Below, one piece after another: positions 13,469 through 28,961 of a DNA stretch of 64,000 nucleotides. The position numbers and the translations under genes are program-made. The stretch covers positions 17,918,001 to 17,982,000 of the forward strand of contig OX597836.1 of assembly GCA_951406725.2 (NCBI GenBank). The letters run 5' to 3'. Each line of letters opens with the position of its first letter. Positions within the stretch are counted from its first letter, which is position 1. The notes under the pieces are model-generated. The model was not told the DNA's origin and did no database searches. It saw only the letters and a list, made by a program, of their open reading frames with translations. This stretch comes from Octopus vulgaris. Taxonomy: Eukaryota.

Positions 13469-13683
13469 GTACTTGTTTCAGTCATTTGACTGCGGCCATG
13501 CTGGAGCACCGCCTTTTAGAGTGGTGAAAGAGTACAGCAGGGATCACCACCATCCCCTGCCGGAGCCTCGTGGAGCTTTTAGGTGTTTTCGCTCAATAAA
13601 CACACACAACGCCCGGTCTGGGAATCGAAACCGCGATCCTCCGACCGCAAGTCCGCTGCCCTAACCACTGGGCCATTGCGCCT
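13468..13683 (-). mobile_element. Chimeric SINE: family A head joined to family C tail
   Basis: 13521-13683 matches the family A 5' half; 13468-13517 matches the family C 3' end. Confidence 0.8.
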
Positions 13684-13716
13684 ATATATGTATATATATA
13701 TATGTATATATATATG

Positions 13717-13749
<33 letters not shown>

Positions 13750-14298
13750 TTATATATATATATATATATATACATATACGTACATACATAAACATACACA
13801 CACACACACACACACGCTTACACGCACACATATGCATGAAACGCCCGCAGTAGCAACTGCTATGATACAGAACAACAGCAAAACAATACCACAACCAAGA
13901 ACACTGCAACAGCCTGATAAAAGAATATTCACAACAAATGCGGTGACAATAACAAAACAAAAAAATAAGCACCAGTGGCAGCAGCAGCAGCAGCAGTAAC
14001 AACAACAACAACAACACTGGTAAGGAACTATTGAAGAAGTTTGGATAAATAAGCTAAGAGAATTTTGTACAGACAATGGCGGCGAGGTCACCGGTTTTTA
14101 ACGGAAAGGTCATTGAGGACACACGTTTCCGTTGTTTTGTAGTACGGTCTGTTTTCTTTCTCGTTTTCTATCTCTATCTATCTGTGATCCTGAGAGCGTG
14201 TGTATGCGCAGTTTTGTGTGCGTGAATTTGTGTGAATGTGTGTATGTGTGAGTGTGTGAGTGTGTGTGTGTGTGAGAGAGTAAGAGAGAGTGTGTGTA

Positions 14299-14333
<35 letters not shown>

Positions 14334-14534
14334 CCTAACACATCCCGCTATCCTTATCTGCTTACATAACTACCGAGCTGACGTTATCGTTATATTCATT
14401 TGTACTTGTCTGTCTCTATATACATACATACATAAATTTATACATACATACTTACATACATACATACAGGCATACATACATATATGTCTCTGTCTGTCTG
14501 TCTGTCTGTCTCTGTTTGTCTCTCTGTCTGTCTG

Positions 14535-14565
<31 letters not shown>

Positions 14566-14586
14566 GTATGTATGTGTCTGTGTGTA

Positions 14587-14624
<38 letters not shown>

Positions 14625-14804
14625 AATACATATATACAAATACATATATAGACACAATAACTTCCCCGCACACACACATATATTTAATCGTGAATGTATA
14701 ATGGCATTAAGTATAATTATACATGTGTACATATATTACATATATGTATATATGTAGACGTGTATAGTATAAGAATGCACATATATATTTGCGTGTATAT
14801 GTGC

Positions 14805-14884
<80 letters not shown>

Positions 14885-15631
14885 GTATATATATATATAT
14901 ATGTATATATATATGTATATATATATGTATATATATATATATTTATATATATATATATATATCATATATATATATATGTTTTTATGTATGGATATATATA
15001 CATACATATATATGTTTTTGCCAAGCATATACACACACAACACAATTTGTTCTCTAAGTGTTCTCTACAAGCATATATATATATTTCTTTTTTCCCTATA
15101 CTTCACTCTAACTCCTTCCACCTCCCTCAGCTTCTTTTTCTTTCTCTTTCTCCTTCTCTCTCGTATTTCTTGCCTTCGATTTCTTTGTCCTGCTTCTGTT
15201 CCAGTGTTTCGCAATTTTCTACCTGGAATTCTAAATGAATGCTAAACTCTTCAGACATTCTCTAGTATGGTCAATGACTTCTGCAATATCAGTTGACATC
15301 TGATATTTCAGAATAAAAGGAGTGAAAAAAGGATTTTTTTAAAGTTGGATGAGTTGCGGAGTGGGTGGGTTTGGAGACAGACAGAGGAAGAAAAAAAAAC
15401 ACACACACACAGAGAAACATACATAAGAAAGGCTGTATGCGTATATGCGTGTGTGTGTGTGTGTGTTTATGTATATCTGTGAGTGCATGTGTATGTGTGT
15501 GTGTGTGTATCAGAGAGAGAATGGGAGAGAGACAATATCAGCAGATATAGTTATACGGAGAGCAGAGCAAAGATGGGAGGGAGATACACTAAAACAGATA
15601 TCATTCATGTGCATAGAAGAAGACCACTTAT

Positions 15632-15710
<79 letters not shown>

Positions 15711-15879
15711 TGTGTGTGTGCGTGTGTGTTTGTATATATATATACATACATATATATGTGTTTGTGTATATATAAATGTATGTATATGTATGTACGAGTG
15801 CGTGTGTATATATCAATGTGTGTATCAATCTATCTATATATATATGCTCGCAAATATGCGTATAATATACAAACATATA

Positions 15880-15980
<101 letters not shown>

Positions 15981-16439
15981 ATAAATACATAGATATATTC
16001 ATAGCTATATTGCACATGTATAAGAAAACTAAATGTATGACGAAATAGGACAGCGTAGATTATACAGAGCGTTTCTGCCAAATATGAGGTCATGTCTCTT
16101 TTCTGTAAGGAACAGCTTGAAGTAGTCGCGAACAGTCAATGGCGTTGGAGAGCATAAAAATTAAGCTTGTTGTTGAGAAATTATTTTCTGACCTCGAGGA
16201 CTGGAATCCATCTGAATATTGGAGACGATTTACCTGTATCACGCCGAGTATTAAAATGCCAAATTCATGTCTGCTGCTCAATGCGCTGCGAAAACTGTAA
16301 GGGTCCAAGATGTGACAAGGACAGCTCCAGAAGAGATTACAAAGTCGTGGCTAGTAGAAAGGGCTACAGCAGGTGTACTGAGGGTGATGTGATGCCACCC
16401 TGTACCTAGGCTCAATTCAGACGGCTATTTGAAGGTGCT

Positions 16440-16635
16440 GAAGATTGTGCTTAATCTCTGGCTGGAGGCGTTGGCAGCTGGAAAGCCATATGTGTGGCAG
16501 CAGGAAGCAACTCCTTACTATACTCCCAGAAAGTGACAGAAATAGTTGTCGGACAATTTCTTCGAATTCAGTAGCTTCAATTTTTGGTCTTTAAATTCCC
16601 CCGATTGTAATCCCATTGATTACTCTGTGTGGAGA
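16440..16635 (+). pseudogene. maT/DD37D-like transposase remnant
   Basis: YVWQQEATPYYTPRK*QK*LSDNF and NSPDCNPIDYSVW motifs. Confidence 0.6.
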
Positions 16636-18240
16636 CTTCCTCCTCTTTTGATTTCAAATGTTCCCTTTTAAAAGCATCAACAAATCTCTCTGGCTGTTCT
16701 TTAGACTGAAGATTGTAGCAAGGTACAAAAATATGCCTTAGAGTGTTAGTTTTGCAAAATTGATTAAAACTGGTCCAGGTACTGAAAAGGCAATTGAGCA
16801 TACTGCTCATACCATCTGGAAATACATGGGATATGACAGTTCCGATAACATAATCCGAAGCATATACGGCCAGTAATATTTTCCATCTGCGGGTCATAAT
16901 TGGTGAGTAATAAATCAAATTACAATAATAATTATACTTCTTCAAAGGCTTTGCTTCATGCTGATGTCCAGTCCCACTTTATATCTTTCTGTAGTAGTTG
17001 GTTTAAAGGTTCGTCTAAACGATTCACGGAAAGTTGGAACACACTGAACATAGCTAAGGTTTCCAAGAAACGATCTCAACTTGTTAACATCTGATGAAGC
17101 TGATAATTTCAGAACTGCTTCTGTCTTCACTGGGTTTGGTTTTACGATCGTCTTTGTTTATAATGAAACCAAGATATTTTATTGATGTTACAAAAAATTT
17201 GCATTTGTCCTCTTTTGTTTGAAAACCAAATGAATTCATTTTATGGAAAAGAGTATCCAATCGATAAAATTATTCTTCATTCATTGAAACCGTTACTATA
17301 GCATCGTCTGATTACGCTGCAACTCCAGATATGTCTGCAATCATTGTATGCATTACTTGTTGAAATATAGCTGGAGCCGTTTCAATTCCAGAATGGTAAT
17401 CTTTGATATTGGTAAAGACCTCTGAGAGTATTAATTTTCAACAGCTGTTTTGAGTTATCAACTTCTATTTGTAAGAAAGCATCAGCCAAATCGATTTTTG
17501 CGAAGTAACCACCGCCATTAAACTTGCTGAAAATGTCTTTAAGACTAGGTCGAGAGTAGGGGTGGTCTTCTAAGGCTTCATATAATCCAGTCGAAAAATC
17601 TGTGCAAAGGCAAATAGAACCGTTTATTTTCCTATCAACCAAAATAAGTGCTGCCCAAGTTGAATAGTTAACTGTTGTTATTATGTCTAATTGTATAAGA
17701 TGGTATAACTTTTTGTCGACCTTCGAATGGACTGCATATGGAACTGGACAGCGAGGCTTTGAATTAGGTGTTAGCGACAAACTTGCTTTGTATAACTTGC
17801 AACGCACCAACGAGTCTTTGAAAATGGGTGATTATTTATCCTTTGGCAAATGTGAGACAGATGATGCAACTTGGAATGAACTATTGATAGAACCACACGG
17901 GGTATTTGAATGTAAGCAAATAGAGTTCAATGGTTCACTCCATATGTTCACTTCGGTAATCCATGTTTAACCAAGTAAATCTAAGTGTCATGTCGATTTG
18001 TCAGGTAACAAGTTCCATTTGAAAGTTTGAATCAAAGTTAATCTTACCAATGAGTTTTAAATTATGACCTGCTGCATTTTTGGCAATGTGTTCTGTCTCC
18101 CTTATCTGCAGGTAGCTATGACGCCTCCAAGTTTTGCAAGAAACCGACGTGATTTCAGATGCAGTGCCTAACTGTAATTAAACTGGGGTATCATTTATTG
18201 CTCTTTTATAAAAGAAATCCACTTTAAAACCGGCATAAAT
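16636..18240 (-). mobile_element. Decayed Ty3/Gypsy pol (protease, RT and integrase remnants)
   Basis: ORF 17382-17810: WAALILV..NGSICLCTDFSTGL..FAKIDLADAFLQIEV..RGLYQYQRLPF; LRSFLG at about 17070; ERFVDAFKR (integrase) at about 16680; LGTAS protease-like motif at about 18165; many stops and frameshifts. Confidence 0.85.
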
Positions 18241-18383
18241 AGTTATTTCTTTACTACTTACAAGGGGCTAAACACAGAGGAGACAAACAAGGAGAGACAA
18301 ACAGATTAAGTCGATTACATCGACCCCACTGCGTAACTGGTCCTTCATTTATCAACCCCATGACTTATTCTTTGTAAGCCTAG

Positions 18384-18537
<154 letters not shown>

Positions 18538-18939
18538 ACTCTCTCTCTCTCTCTCTCTCTAAAGTTAGTGAAGTGTAGAGTTTATTGTATAACTCTTATT
18601 CCATAGTTTACAATTGTTTCAACAATTTGCGTTGACCAATCCCACATCAGATCTATAGGAAGTGATGTTAACGATGTTTTAGTCATACATATTATATAAT
18701 GTATATATCAATACAGCGCCGAGAACTATTTCATTAGAACTGATGGAAGAAAGAGTACAAAGCATTATATAGTTGCTCACTTATTTCATTAATACACTAC
18801 AACACAAGTTTTCCATGAAGGAAATTCATTTTTCTACAAATTCAGATAGACATCGATCATTACGTGCTTGCTGTGGTGAACACATCGATTTTCTTCTTTA
18901 TCCTTGCTTGCTATATATAAATGGACGTAAGAATCTAAA

Positions 18940-19570
18940 TATAACAAGTAAAGTTAATCCCAGATCAAAGTGGCTGTTCCGTGATACTACTCGTTTAACC
19001 CCAGGCAGATCTACCGCCAGCTGATTATCGGTGCAGCCGGGGAGCGAATCCTACCGTCCAGGAGATGACAGGATCGCGAGACTAACTCAGTTTCGAGCTA
19101 GTTTGCTCATCTTCAGTCGCATACACCTGGTTGCCAGAGAGATAACCAGAGTCCGCTCCAGCTAGCAATATATTATAAACAGAGCGACAATCGGTTACTG
19201 ATGTAAAATCTCAAGAAGAGACCAAAGTAGTGACTATACTAAGAAGTAAAGTCAATCGCTACATCAAAGTGGATGTTCCACGTTAATGAGAGTTCGTCAA
19301 TTAGTGCACTGACGTGTTGAGTAAAGCACTGGCACTGTTTGGGCTGCCTGGTGTCATCCGCAGTTGGGGCATATTTCCTTTGGATCTACTTCAAGAATTC
19401 CGCAGCGTTAATTGAGATAATGATAAATTAAGTAAACGGAAGATAGAGTTGATATAACTCTTCCTTTTCGACCAATCCTGCGATTGACCTTTATAGGTGA
19501 GATGCTGTGCATCGTACTATGTTGTATAAATCTTACAGTCTGAGTCACATCAGATACGTTCATATATAAG
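18940..19570 (-). mobile_element. Penelope-like 3' end with pLTR-like region
   Basis: Direct repeat AGTAAAGT.AATC...ATCAAAGTGG.TGTTCC at about 18947-18980 and 19245-19279; decayed GIY-YIG-like coding upstream on minus strand; contains a hammerhead. Confidence 0.55.
19076..19120 (-). ncRNA. Type I hammerhead ribozyme, intact core
   Basis: GCGA CUGAAGA U GAGC-AAACUA-GCUC GAAA CUGAGUUAG UC^UCGC; stems I, II and III all pair; GUC cleavage triplet. Confidence 0.85.
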
Positions 19571-20440
19571 GTGGTGTCACGCTAATGATCTTGTTTTTGG
19601 GCAGTCATACTATTTGCTCGCTTCATTTAAGGTAGGAAGTATTGCTACGATTGTGTCTATTATTAATTATCCGTAAGAAATAAAATAAATAGTCTATTGT
19701 TGTGCCTGTGTTTATTTCCATTCCATCGCTTGACAAACTGTGTTGATGTGTTTTCCGTCGCCGCAACTTAGCGGTTCGGTAAAAGAGCTCGATAGAATAA
19801 GTACTACGCAAAAGTGACCGATAGAATAAGCAGCTCACTTACGAAAAGTAAGTCCTGGATTCGATTTTTTTCGACTAAAATACCATGCAATGCGCTGCTC
19901 CAGCATGGCCGCAGTAAAATAACTGGAACTAGTAAAAGAAATACAAGAAATAAATATGTCATTCAAAATATTTAATTCTTTAAAAATAAAATATATATAT
20001 ATAAAAAATGAAATATAATAAAATATATAAACTGTACACAAGAAAGGAAGAAAAAAAGAAGAAAAATGAAAAAAAGTCTTATTTATGAAGGGAAACTAAT
20101 ATCGACAATATGAGGCCGGTAGAGGGAAATTACATAAAGTCTAAAGCGAAGGAAGGATACGAGAAAACAGAAAGAAAGAATAGATAAAGGCGAAATTGCC
20201 TGAGAGGGTGATATAGATGAGAGCTATTGAGTAATGATATTACAATTCTGTCATGACAGTCAGTTTACAGTTATAGCTATGTTTAAGCAAGTGTGGTATT
20301 AATTTTGGCACGAGCTACATCAATAGCACACTGGGTTGTCAGTTAATTCAAACATTACCTATCATTGACGCCCGCACACACATCCGTGCGCGCACGTGCA
20401 CTCGTATATCAGTTTAAAGATACATTCACATACATACCTC

Positions 20441-20515
<75 letters not shown>

Positions 20516-20591
20516 ACCAGGCTTACACGTTTAAACATAGTGTATGAGTGCTATAAAAATACATGTGTATATCTATATATGTATGTATGAA

Positions 20592-20708
<117 letters not shown>

Positions 20709-21052
20709 AGAGAGAGAGAAAGAGAGAGAGAGAGCAATTAGAAAATGGAGGGGATCAATAGGTGGTATTCATCAACTTTTAGACATTATATTATGTCACT
20801 TTATTTATGTATTTACTAAAATGACAATTACAAGAATATACGTACATGTATAACATATGCTAAGCATAACATGTTCTATAAATTAATGGTAAAATATCTC
20901 TTTACCTTCACCCATTTAGTACACTCGGTAATATAATTGCAATGCAATAAAAAACACTTGTGTATTAATAATTGGGTGTTCTACCTGCAGTATATTGGAT
21001 AGATATTATCCCTTGGTTGGATTCAAAACCTCTAACTTTCTTGGAAAGTGTA

Positions 21053-21139
<87 letters not shown>

Positions 21140-21684
21140 ATATATATATATTCTTGTACCCTTTAACTTGTTTCAGTCATTTGACTGCGGTCATACTGGA
21201 GCCTTTTAGTCGAACAAATCGACCCCAGGACTTATTCTTTGTAAGCATAGTACTTCTTCTATCGGGTTATTTTGCCGAACCGCTAAGTTGCGGCAACGCA
21301 AACACACCAACACCGGTTGTCATACGATAGTGGGAGAATAAGCACAGACACACACGCACACACATACTCACACATGTATATATATATATATATATATATA
21401 TATGTAGGACGGGCTTCTTTCTGCTTGTTCTGCATTTACCACGCCTCATTGCTTGACAATCAATGTCGGTGTGTTTACATCAATGTAACTTAGCAGTTCG
21501 GCAAAAGAAACCGATAGGTTAAGCAGCAGGCTTACAAAGAATAAATCCTGCGATCGATTTTTTTGAGTAAAATATCTTGCAATGCACTGCTCCATCATGG
21601 CCGCAATCAAATGACTGGAACAAGTAAAAGAAATACAAGAAATAAATATGTATATGTGTGTGTGTGCGTATGTGTACGTGTATA

Positions 21685-21962
<278 letters not shown>

Positions 21963-21964
21963 TT

Positions 21965-22590
21965 GTTGGTCGCTGTTCAGAATCAAGCATTAAGCCCGAA
22001 CTCGATGAGGGATATTTATAGCCCAGATGAAAGCAAACATTTGTATGTTAGATAGGAAGAAGGCGGTTAGCGTGACACAAATCATGATTGAATGGGACAT
22101 GCCTGAGTAGAGAGAATATAAAAGGTGTCACGATAAAGCGCCGTTACACCTCCACTGAACTGTGCAAACATCATGAGTTCCAAGCCACATCACTGAGGAA
22201 TGGTATCGGGGCAAACCAAAGAAGGTCCCAGAAAATCAAACTGCGGAACACTTGTGGGAGTTCTCAATCGAGAATGATAGAGCGTTTGAATATGAAAGGA
22301 CAGGCATAACTTGGTGATGAAAGATGATGTAAGGAGGATTTTGTTGATCGATCTAGCTTGCTGAGGGGATCATTATATCGATGGTAAAGGAAACAAAAAT
22401 ATCGTACAATATGAAAAGAATAAATGTGAAGAGAATGGGCAATATGAAAGCAAGATTGGTAAACATTGTGAATGGAGCGCATGGATCTGTGACATAATGC
22501 CTTCGGAAGGAACTTGACACGCTTGGAATGTGTTCCAACATTACGACATTGCAAGAAACAACACTTTTGGTAACAGCACATATCCTACAA
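21965..22590 (+). mobile_element. R4/Dong-like non-LTR retrotransposon C-terminal (REL endonuclease) remnant
   Basis: AVQNQALSPNSM, LWEFSIENDRAFEYERTGI, LLIDLA and LQETTLLVTAHILQ motifs, highly decayed. Confidence 0.6.
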
Positions 22591-22867
22591 CTAGCAGTAT
22601 AGCCCAGCGTTGCTCGGGCTTGTTTTCTTTTCGACCCTTTAGAATTGGAATTTTTGAAAAGTAAAAAACGTTGCATTATGTAGCTTGTTATTCTCTTTAA
22701 GTGAACATTTTTCAAGTTGAAATACATCGAGAAATGGCGACACAGCAGTCAAAAAATCGTAAAAAATAGGGATTTCCATAGAAAAAAATGCACCTTTTTG
22801 ATATTAATAATTTTTAGTTTCAACATGGCCCGATTTGAATCTTTTCTCCTACCGAAGGAAGAGCAAG
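22591..22867 (-). mobile_element. Non-autonomous Helitron 3' part
   Basis: Reverse complement of about 53382-53655; hairpin CCCGAGCAACGCTGGG then CTAG|T. Confidence 0.85.
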
Positions 22868-23092
22868 AGGTAGCTGGACAGAATAAATGTTTTTGGCCTG
22901 TACCACTTGCATTGGTTTTCATTTTTATATCCACTTTTTCCCTGCTGGCATGCATTGAAATGAGATTACCATGTCATGTACATATGGTTATGATGCATGT
23001 GCCTGATGTACCATTATCAGTCATGATGGGTATACTGGGCTTCGTATATGTTAACCCAGTGTCACTTTGATGGCATACATTGCTTTCTTACT

Positions 23093-23490
<398 letters not shown>

Positions 23491-23649
23491 TAATAATGAT
23501 TTTTATGGTGTAAGGGATAGTTGATTACATCTATCTCAGTCCTCAGCTGGTACTTAGTTTATCGACCTCGAAAGGATGGAAGGCAAAGACGACCGCGGCG
23601 GAATTTGAACTCAACGTATATACGGACGAAACGCCGGTAAGCATCTTGC

Positions 23650-23695
<46 letters not shown>

Positions 23696-23764
23696 TAGTA
23701 GTAGTAATAATAATATTAATAATGATAATAATAATAATAATAATAATAATAAGAAGAAGAAGAA

Positions 23765-23795
<31 letters not shown>

Positions 23796-24229
23796 AAGAA
23801 GAAGAAGAAGAAGAAGAAGAAGAAGAAGAAGAAGAATGATAATAATAATAATAATAAGAAGAAGAAGAAGAATGATAATAATAATAACAGGAACCTCAGA
23901 ATATCGATTATAATATCTAAAATAACAATTACGATGATAATGGTGATGATCGCAACAATGTCACCCGTCTTTAACATAGCAAAAACAATAGAAACAACAA
24001 CAACAACAACAACTACAGCAACAGAAGAAGAAGAACAAGAAGAACAACAAACGTGTTCTTATCTTCCTTATGAATGGGGAGATTCTCTCTAGAAACAAAA
24101 TCAATTTGCGTAAAAGGTAAGGAAAAAAAAATCGATACATAACAGGAAGAAACAATGTGTGTGTGTATGTGTGTTTGTGTGTGTGTTTGCATGCACGCAT
24201 GTATGTGTATCTCCGTCTGCGAGTACATA

Positions 24230-24499
<270 letters not shown>

Positions 24500-25401
24500 G
24501 TGCATCGATTGAATTATGAAAAAATATAGAATAAAGCGAAAAGAGTGGGAGAGAGAGCAAAAAGCAAAGCCAAAACAACCACAGGAGATAAAGCAGTATT
24601 ATCTTTTTAACATTTAAATTCAATATAACAATATCTATTTTAGTTCTTTATCTCGTTTTTTTTTATTTTCTTATATTATATCTTATTCTTTTATTCTTAT
24701 ACCTTGTTGATTTTGTTTTCTTTTTGTTTTTACCGTTGTTTTTTATATTTTTTTTTTTAAATATATTTTTGTTGTTGAAAAATTTCCTATGATTTTATGA
24801 AATGTTAAAGAAAAAAACGACAGGAGGAAAAAGACGACTATATTGGTGAAGAAATTAATGGAAAGGAATAATAAGGAAAAAATATTAAAATAGCAATACA
24901 CACACACACACACACACACACAGACACACATATATGCACACTCTTTATCTCTGTCTCATACACAAAAGATACATACGTTCACACACATGCATACATCTGA
25001 ATAATGAAAATCCTCAATACATAACCGACGCTATAATTCAAAATCAAACTCCAAACATACAATCGCCAAAGCAATATCATAAATTTTTATTGTATCACAA
25101 TTTAAAAAGCAAAAAAACCAAAAAAAAACAACAAATCTAGAGGATTCAAAATGGCGTGCTCGTTTCTGTACATATATTCTTGTGCAAAGGAGCGGCACAG
25201 CCTTTGTTCGTACAAATGTATGTCTGACGAAGGAACAGGAATTTATGCAATGAACTTCATTAGCATATGGGTGTTTCTACTATAAGATTTAAAAAGCCTT
25301 CAGATCTAAGTGCACTGCAGCCTATAACAGAATCTGAAGCTAATGAAGTACATTGCACAATTTTCAGATCCGCTGTCATTCCTTTAAGTTCATATTACCC
25401 T

Positions 25402-26146
25402 CTTTTTTTACTCCTTTACTCTTTTACTTGTTTCAGGCATTTGACTGTGGCCATGCTGAAGCACCGCCTTTAGTCGAGAAAATCGACCCCCAAGGGCTTA
25501 TTCTTTGTAAGCCTAGTACTTATTCTATTGGTCTCTTTTGCCGAACGGCTAAGTTACAGGAACGTAAACACACCAGCATCGGTTATAAAGTGATGTTGGG
25601 TGGGGGAGCAAACACACACGCAAACATATACATACACACATATATATGTATATGTATATATACACACATATATATGTATGTATATATATATATATATATA
25701 TTATATGTAGAAAAATACAAACTGGGACAAGAACGTAAAACATTTAGAAGACGATACAAAAAACACGGACGGAACATTCGAGGCCTTCAATCTTCAGTCA
25801 AGAACCGGATCATCCTAGCAATTTCGGCTGATTAATCTTGAGATCGCTCCGATCCGGCCAGCCCCAAGGAAAAACTAAGCTACGAACATTAGATTTCTTG
25901 GAAAAAAGGATCGAATGTATACGAAACAGGGACAGAAAAACGGACGATGCCACACGAATATGAAATACAAAAAACAATAATGGTGAAAACGACGGGCTTC
26001 TTTCAGTTTCCGTCTACCAAATCCACTCACAAGGCTTTGGTTGGCCCGAGGCTATAGTAGAAGACACTTGCCCAAGGTGCCACGCAGTGAGACCAAACCC
26101 GGGTGCATGTGGTTCGTAAGCAAGCTACTTACCACACAGCCACTCC
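25402..26146 (-). mobile_element. SINE family C, interrupted by a ~285-bp insert in its internal microsatellite
   Basis: Tail at 25402-25620 and head at 25990-26146 match 60832-61240; insert 25706-25990 matches 12085-12175. Confidence 0.85.
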
Positions 26147-26427
26147 TTCTGATCTGGTCGTATCTGACTATCATCTGTTCCCCTAGCGGTAAAACACTTG
26201 GCTGGGAAGGAGTATCGTAGTGTTTATGACGTCATATCTGCTGGTGGTGATTCTTTTGACCAACAGGACGAAAGATTCTTCACCAACGGGATTCAGTCCC
26301 TGTAACATCGCTGGAAGAAGTGTGTGTACTGTAAGGGAGGTTATGTTGAAAATAAACCTCATTTGGTCTTATGCCATGGTCTTATGCCATTTGGTCAGCC
26401 TATGAAAATTTCAGCTGACGTTAGTAA
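26147..26427 (+). mobile_element. Mariner-type transposon 3' remnant
   Basis: SDLVVSDYHLF (cf. SPDLAPSDYHLF), FFTNGIQSL*HRWKKCV..KGGYVE, then terminal GTCAGCCTATGAAAATTTCAGCTGACGTTAG|TA. Confidence 0.65.
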
Positions 26428-27007
26428 AGATATATGAAATACTATAGTGCGTAAATTCTCGATTTATTGAAATTATCTCCGCCTCTAGAGGACGTATTAT
26501 AATTACCGAATGGCATCTATGACCTGCTCGATTCAAGGAAGGGAGATAATCTCAAGAATAGTCGCGTGTATGAATGTATATGTGTGGGATACGTAGGTGT
26601 ATATACGCTTGTATATATATATATATATATATGTGTGTATTTTGAGGTGTATAAGTTCACCTGTGTGTGCATGAACCGTGTGTGCTCGTCATTAGGAACG
26701 AGTTATCGTATGTGTTATATGTTTGTTTCTCTGTTATTTGTGTATGTGTGTGTGTGTGTGTGTGTGTGGGGGGGTCTGATGCACAAGTGTATATTGTGTA
26801 TATATCAGTTTATATGAGTGCATTGATGTGGATAAGTGTACCTGTGTATAAGTAATGCGTATAACTGTGTGATTGGATGTGTGTACGAATTGCATCAGGT
26901 CTACGAGTGAGAATGGGTGTTTGTGTGTATGTGTGTGAGAATGCATGCATGTGTATATGCGTATGTGTGTATGTGTATATGTCTGATTATGTATGTGTTT
27001 ATATATG

Positions 27008-27054
<47 letters not shown>

Positions 27055-27078
27055 ATATATATATATATATATATATAC

Positions 27079-27114
<36 letters not shown>

Positions 27115-28476
27115 TGTGTGTGTCCGGTGCCGTTTGACATTTTAAAAGCTGTTTCGTTGAAGTTCACTAATGATGACAGACATGCCTTCCAGTTAAACAC
27201 TCGATCTTTCAGTCTATCAACGGAGCGCCAATGTGGTCGCTTGCCCTCCTAGAAATAGCAGTGATGTCTTCCTCACCTCATGCGCTAGTGTCTTAGAACG
27301 AAAAATACATTTAATAAGTTCATTCTGGGTATACGAGAAAGAGGAGGCTGTCAGAATTGGAACGATTTTGATCTTATACCTTATTAATAAGGAAGAACTC
27401 GCCCTACAATCATCATCAGCAACGCAACGACAACTGCAATCAGAAAAGAATGCGTATGCGAAAATTCCGGGAAAAGCAGTTAAATCTTCCTCAAAATACC
27501 GGGGGCGATATCGTTTTCTGGATATGTAAAATGTGTGATGGTCATGTCCAGAACAGGTTTGTCCATAGGTCCGCTTGATTAGAAGTGGCTTCGTTTACAC
27601 AATAACAACATCACGAGCAAGAACAACAACAAAATCAACAACAATCGAAAAATGAGCTTGTACTCAAAAGTTTGACCTGTTAAAAGTAGCAGGCAAATCT
27701 CCCTCAAACTAATAAAAATGATGATATATTAGACAATGCCGTGATCTAGATACGCAACGTCCCACGGCCCAAGGAAGGCGGTTTGCAATCACGTAGTTTC
27801 AGGTTCAGTTCTAGTGCGTGTTCACATTGGTAAAGTGTATACTACTGCAGTGTAGGGTCGACCAATGCCTTGTGTGTGAATTTGGTAGACGGAAACTGTG
27901 TGGAAGCCTGTGCGTCTTTGTGTTTATACTTGTTCCAACCATCCCCTTTTGTACCCCGTAACATGGTGAGTCCTCAAGAGACTGATAAAATAACTACTGT
28001 ACTTAAAATTAAATATAATTACACCACTGACTTTCCAAACACCGATCGTCCGCATCTTCTTATAATCCGCATTGATTTACGAGGCCCCTAGACTAGTTTA
28101 CTGGTCTTTTGCACAGTACAGTATTAATAATCTTGTATTATTTATACTAATATACATGTGTCTGTATTTCATTGAATTATTTCAGTAAATTTAATATTTG
28201 TTTAATTTTGTGATGACAATCTCTAGTTCGAAAGAAGCAGTAATCGAAAAAAGCTTAGGAAAGAAAGGGTTCTGAGAATCGATGTTATACCTGTATTGAG
28301 GTCGATTTATTCAATGAATTCCTTCAAGGCGGTGCATGGCCGATGTCCAATGACTGAAACGAATAAAAGATCCACACAAGTCGATTACACCGACGCCAGT
28401 GCCCAACTGGTAGTATTTTCCATCGTTCCCGAAATATCGAAACGTAAAGTCAAACACAGTGGTATCTGAAGTCTGA

Positions 28477-28899
28477 AAGGTGGCGAACTGGCAGAATCGT
28501 TAACACGCCGGGCGAAATGCTCAGCGGTATTTCGTCTGCCGTTACGTTCTGTGTTCAAATTCCGCCGAGGTCGACTTTCCCTTTCATCCTTTCGGGGTCG
28601 ATTAAATAAGTACCAGTTACGCACTGGGGTCGATGTAATCGACTTAATATCTATGTCTGTCCTTGTTTGTCCCCTCTGTGTTTAGCCCCTTGTGGGTAAG
28701 AAAGAAATAGAAATAGGTATTTCGTCTGCCGGTACGTTCTCAGTTCAAATTCCGCCGAGGTCGACTTTCCCTTTCATCCTTTCGGGGTCGATAAATTAAT
28801 TACCAGTCACGCACTGGGGTCGATATAATCGACTTAATCCGTTTGTCTGTCCTTGTTTGTCCTCTCTGTGTTTAGCCCCTTGTGGGTAGTAAAGAAATA
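28477..28899 (+). mobile_element. SINE family B dimer nested in an older antisense family B copy
   Basis: TSD GGTATCTGAAGTC at 28461-28473 and 28900-28912; decayed host copy at about 28380-28460 and 28913-28990. Confidence 0.85.
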
Positions 28900-28961
28900 G
28901 GTATCTGAAGTCAGATCATCAAGAGTCGGAAGAAATGCGGTCGAGCATTTTGTTCGACGCA

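Noticed and set aside
25760-25805. Minus-strand CTGAAGA in the 25706/12085 family as a hammerhead
   Set aside because: Followed by GAAT or CAAA rather than GAAA, with no convincing stems I and III
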